Source: Deltaproteobacteria bacterium HGW-Deltaproteobacteria-22
GTDB taxonomy: Bacteria; Myxococcota_A; Polyangia; HGW-17
Assembly: GCA_002841825.1 (NCBI GenBank)
Contig: PHAZ01000002.1
Coordinates: forward strand, 1-51,731
Reading direction: 5' to 3'
Length of the DNA stretch: 51,731 bases
Made by a program: the position numbers and the translations under genes. Shown piece by piece: positions 48,360 to 51,731 of this stretch (position 1 is the first letter of the stretch; each line of letters opens with the position of its first letter). The notes under the pieces are model-generated. The model ran no database searches. It saw only the letters and a list, made by a program, of their open reading frames with translations, and was not told where the DNA came from.

Positions 48360-49223
48360 AGGTCGCAGGGCGACGATGTGATCGATCCGGAGCGACCAGA
48401 TCCTCCCCCGCTGCCGGTGGTCCCGAAGTTCCACATAGTTGTGCTGGCCATGACGGTATCCGCACTCCAGCGTGCCCGGAAAGATCGAGGTGCGCCCGTC
48501 CTTGCGGTAATGGATCTCCACGTCGGAGTGCGACAGCAGCGCAGGACGCAGCAGGATCAGGTGTGGTGGCAGGCCCTGCAGGGGACGCGCAGAGGTTCCC
48601 ATCCGCGACAGGTTCGACACGCGGCAGAGGTCGCCGAAGCGTCCGGTGCCGGCGCGCCGCAGGCGCTCGACGAGCAGCAGGAACAGTTCAGCTGTCGACA
48701 GCACGTCGGACAGGGCCCGGTGGGCGCGCATCTGGGGAATATTCAGAATTTTGCAGAGCGCTTCGAGACTGTTGCTGTGCTGGGGCTCCAGCACCTGACG
48801 GGACAACTGGAGCGTGTCCAGGATGGGCAGCGGCGGGATCCACATGTTGCTGCGGGCCGCCTCGGTTGACAGGATGCTCTCGTCGTACACCGCCGAATGC
48901 GCGACCATCACGGCGTTCTCCCACTTCGCGAACAGGTCCGGCAGCACGCGCTCGGCGGTGGGTTGCTCCCTGACCATGGCGTCATTGATGCCGTGCACCT
49001 CCGTGGCGTCCGGCGGAATCGCGCATTTCGGAAAGACGAGCTGGTCGTACTGTGCCCCGATCCTGCCGCCCTTCACCTCGACCGTGGCCACCTCCACCAT
49101 GCGTGACATGGGTCTCGTTCCCAGGGTCTCCGTGTCGACGACCACGAAGCGGACGTCCTCGATGGGGGTGTCGTCCAAGGGCAGGGTTGGCAGGGTTTTC
49201 GGGGGCAGCACATAACGGTTCAT
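48345..49223 (-). CDS. DEDDh 3'-5' exonuclease (DnaQ-like) with C-terminal WYL-like domain
   Basis: VVVDTETLG, VHGI, AHSAVYD, DTL.LSR, HRALSD. C-terminus VEIHY...NYVELRDH....WSLRIDHI. TTGCGC-17-TATGGT promoter just upstream of ATG 49223. Confidence 0.85.
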   Translation of the reverse strand: MNRYVLPPKTLPTLPLDDTPIEDVRFVVVDTETLGTRPMSRMVEVATVEVKGGRIGAQYDQLVFPKCAIPPDATEVHGINDAMVREQPTAERVLPDLFAKWENAVMVAHSAVYDESILSTEAARSNMWIPPLPILDTLQLSRQVLEPQHSNSLEALCKILNIPQMRAHRALSDVLSTAELFLLLVERLRRAGTGRFGDLCRVSNLSRMGTSARPLQGLPPHLILLRPALLSHSDVEIHYRKDGRTSIFPGTLECGYRHGQHNYVELRDHRQRGRIWSLRIDHIVALRPLPVQ

Positions 49224-49371
49224 GACAACATTTACCATAGCCGCAAACAGCCGGCGGCGCAATCGATCATCTTTTTTCACAAACTGTCAGCACCCACAGT
49301 TTGAGCCTTGCACCCGCCGGAATCATCCGGTAATGTGTGGCCGGAGTATTGTATTAAGTGAAGGTACGCGT

Positions 49372-50883
49372 ATGACCACCTCCCGAGTAGATCCGCTGAT
49401 TGGAACCCGACTGGGTGAACGGATGACCCTCATCCAGGAAATCGGCCGGGGGGGCATGGGGACGGTCTACCGGGCCCGGCACGAGATTCTGGAGCGGGAT
49501 TTCGCGGTCAAGATCCTTCGATCGGACATGCGCCGTGACCCCGTGGTGGTGGAGCGGTTCAAGCGGGAAGCGCGCGCGGCCAGCCGGCTTGAGCACCCCA
49601 ATGTCGTGTTCATCTCCGACTTCGACCAGTTGCCCGATCGCCGGTTCTACATCGTCATGGAGTTCATCTCCGGAAAGAGCCTTCGCGACCTGCTCAACAC
49701 CGAGGGGCCGATGGCGGTCAACCGTGTGTGCCAGATTCTTACCCAGATTGCAGACGCGCTCGATTACGCCCATGAGCAGGGTGTCATCCACCGCGACCTC
49801 AAGAGCGAGAATATCATCCTGACCAACTCCCGGGGCCGGGAGGTCGCCAAGATCCTCGACTTTGGCCTGGCCAAGCTCGTCTCCGACGCCGTGGACATGC
49901 AGAGCATCACCAACCAGGGCCAGATCTTCGGCACTCCCGAGACCATGGCTCCCGAGCAGATCACCGGTGGACCCATCGACAACCGCGTGGACATCTATGC
50001 CATGGGGGTGCTCACCTACGAGCTGCTCGTCGGCAAGCCACCCTTCTCCGGCCATATGCTGCAAGTGCTCATGGCCCACAAGAAGCAGGCGCCCCCCAAG
50101 CCGTCGGCCGATCGCAAGGATGTTCCGCCGGAGCTCGACGATCTCGTGCTCAAATGCATGGCCAAGGAGCCCTCCGGCCGGTACTCCCGTGCCTCCGAGC
50201 TGGTGACGGTCTATCAGAACATCCTGCAACAGTCGGCGGTGGTGGCCAACAGGAAGACGTCTCCTCCGATGGCTCCCCTGCGTCAGGGGGTGTCCTCGGT
50301 GCGCATGGAGGCCGCCCTCGACGAGAAGGGCGTGCTTGAGCTTCGCCTGCACGAGAGCGTGCTCGAGGTGGCCGAGCACCTGCGCGACCGCAATCTCGGT
50401 TCTGCACGCATCACCCAGGTCCTGGCGACCATCCTCGAGCAGGAGGAGAAGTTGGTGGACCTGCGCAACCAGAAACACCTGCTCCAGACCCAGCTCGACT
50501 CCATCGAAGTCTCGGGCCGCGAACGGGCGGCGCGGCTTCGCCACGCCATCATCTCCCTCACCCTCGAGACCAAGGGCAAGATGGAGTCCGGGGAGGCTCC
50601 GGCCAAGCTGGCCGAGGATGTCCGGTACCAGATCGTGGAACTGGAGAGGCGTCTGTCCGAGGTCATCACGGATCAGGAACGCTCCGAGAAGGAGCTGGAG
50701 AAGCAGCTGGCCCGGCTGGTGCAGGAACTGCAGTCGATTGAGCACGAGATCCGGAAGAACCAGGACGCGCTGTTCGAGTTGATCCAGTCCGCTCGCGGTT
50801 CGATCGGCAACTCATCGACGCTGCGCAACGCCTTCGGACAGATCGATGAACTGAGACAGAAAATGGCCCGGTTCCCCAGTTAG
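49372..50883 (+). CDS. Hanks-type Ser/Thr protein kinase with C-terminal coiled coil
   Basis: IGRGGMGTVY, AVKIL, HRDLKSEN, DFGLAK, GTPETMAPEQ, DIYAMG, heptad-rich C-terminus. TTGCAC-17-TAATGT promoter. Confidence 0.93.
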   Translation: MTTSRVDPLIGTRLGERMTLIQEIGRGGMGTVYRARHEILERDFAVKILRSDMRRDPVVVERFKREARAASRLEHPNVVFISDFDQLPDRRFYIVMEFISGKSLRDLLNTEGPMAVNRVCQILTQIADALDYAHEQGVIHRDLKSENIILTNSRGREVAKILDFGLAKLVSDAVDMQSITNQGQIFGTPETMAPEQITGGPIDNRVDIYAMGVLTYELLVGKPPFSGHMLQVLMAHKKQAPPKPSADRKDVPPELDDLVLKCMAKEPSGRYSRASELVTVYQNILQQSAVVANRKTSPPMAPLRQGVSSVRMEAALDEKGVLELRLHESVLEVAEHLRDRNLGSARITQVLATILEQEEKLVDLRNQKHLLQTQLDSIEVSGRERAARLRHAIISLTLETKGKMESGEAPAKLAEDVRYQIVELERRLSEVITDQERSEKELEKQLARLVQELQSIEHEIRKNQDALFELIQSARGSIGNSSTLRNAFGQIDELRQKMARFPS

Positions 50884-50904
50884 CGGACCGGATCGGGAGC
50901 CCAA

Positions 50905-51276
50905 ATGCGGTATTGGCGGATCGGCAGCCTGATTTTCTTGACTTTTTTCCTTTTCAGTTGCATGGGAGATCCCCGGCGAGAGGGGGCGTCCAAGGCGTCC
51001 GAACCCGTGGATCTGAACGTGCCGGCCCCCACGACCTATTGTGAGAAGACCTGGTCCTGCAGTTATGAGAATCTCGTGCAGGACGAGGCCCGGCGGGCGA
51101 TGGTGCAGAAGCGCAAGGCCTTCGTCACGGCCTGCGAAGATGCGCTGCGCCGGATGCCCGCTGATCTGGTGAAGAAGTACGAGGGCTGCACCCGCGTTTC
51201 CTGCGGGGATGAGCTGCGCAGTTGTCTGCTGCAGAAGGGGCCTGAGCAGGCGCCTGCTGCAGTGAAACCGGAATAA
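50905..51276 (+). CDS. small Cys-containing lipoprotein
   Basis: GGAG SD, lipobox LFSC, six further Cys in a helical domain. Confidence 0.7.
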   Translation: MRYWRIGSLIFLTFFLFSCMGDPRREGASKASEPVDLNVPAPTTYCEKTWSCSYENLVQDEARRAMVQKRKAFVTACEDALRRMPADLVKKYEGCTRVSCGDELRSCLLQKGPEQAPAAVKPE

Positions 51277-51296
51277 ACCCGAACGAGGATTGCTCC

Positions 51297-51731
51297 ATGC
51301 GGATTTCCACTCACGGCATCGTTTTCACGGCGGCGTGCGTGTGGCTTGCTCTGCTGCCGCTGACCGGCTGCAAGAAGAAGCACAAGCCCGATTACTCGAC
51401 GCCCCTGGGCATTGTCAAAAGCTACATCTGGGCCATCGATCACCACGACTGCCCGGTGCTTGAAAAGGTCGTGGCCGGCCGCTTCAAGAGACACCTCGAG
51501 AAGCGGGGCAAGGAAGGCTGCTACCGCATCATGAAGGCCTACGGCAAGAGTCGCGGGAAGACCAGGCTTTCGGACGTGCGGGTCGAGAAGGCCGGAGAGC
51601 CCACCATCTTCTTCGAGGAGGAGGGCCGCGTCATCGTGGCCATGCCGATTCATCGGCAGGACCGCGAGGAGACAGCCTATTTTGATCTGGAACGCACCGA
51701 TCGGGGCTGGCAGGGCGTGGGCGAGGATGCC
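51297..51731 (+). CDS. lipoprotein, possibly NTF2-like (runs off window end)
   Basis: GAGG SD, MRISTHGIVF...LTGC lipobox, STP..IVKSY..AI...D, F.LERTDRGW. No stop within the window. Confidence 0.7.
   Translation, partial: MRISTHGIVFTAACVWLALLPLTGCKKKHKPDYSTPLGIVKSYIWAIDHHDCPVLEKVVAGRFKRHLEKRGKEGCYRIMKAYGKSRGKTRLSDVRVEKAGEPTIFFEEEGRVIVAMPIHRQDREETAYFDLERTDRGWQGVGEDA

Overview
GC-rich bacterial chromosomal window, most likely Myxococcota/delta-proteobacterial. This inference rests on two MYXO-CTERM-like C-termini, many Cys-rich lipoproteins, a Hanks-type Ser/Thr kinase and vWA-like myxobacterial lipoproteins. About 38 protein genes are present. Recognisable housekeeping genes are xerC, metK, monomeric icd, dacB, an AICAR-transformylase-only purH, fxsA, an rpoH-like sigma factor, rsmI and an RluA/RluD-family synthase; the rest are mostly secreted or lipoprotein genes. 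The first ~7.3 kb is accessory: GGAG-type REP-like clusters at both ends, a helical hypothetical gene followed by a degenerate ~20-21-bp-periodic array, a structured leader with a micro-ORF, an AT-rich beta-propeller lipoprotein, and nested IS66/IS21 remnants. The strongest unexplained signals are (i) the gene plus periodic-array locus at 1437-2490, (ii) a promoter-driven, highly structured ~215-nt non-coding RNA candidate between rsmI and the RluA-family gene, (iii) a pseudoknot-capable metK leader, and (iv) the micro-ORF leader at 2750-3016. No CRISPR array, rRNA or tRNA was recognised. All product calls come from motif recognition by eye, not from database searches.
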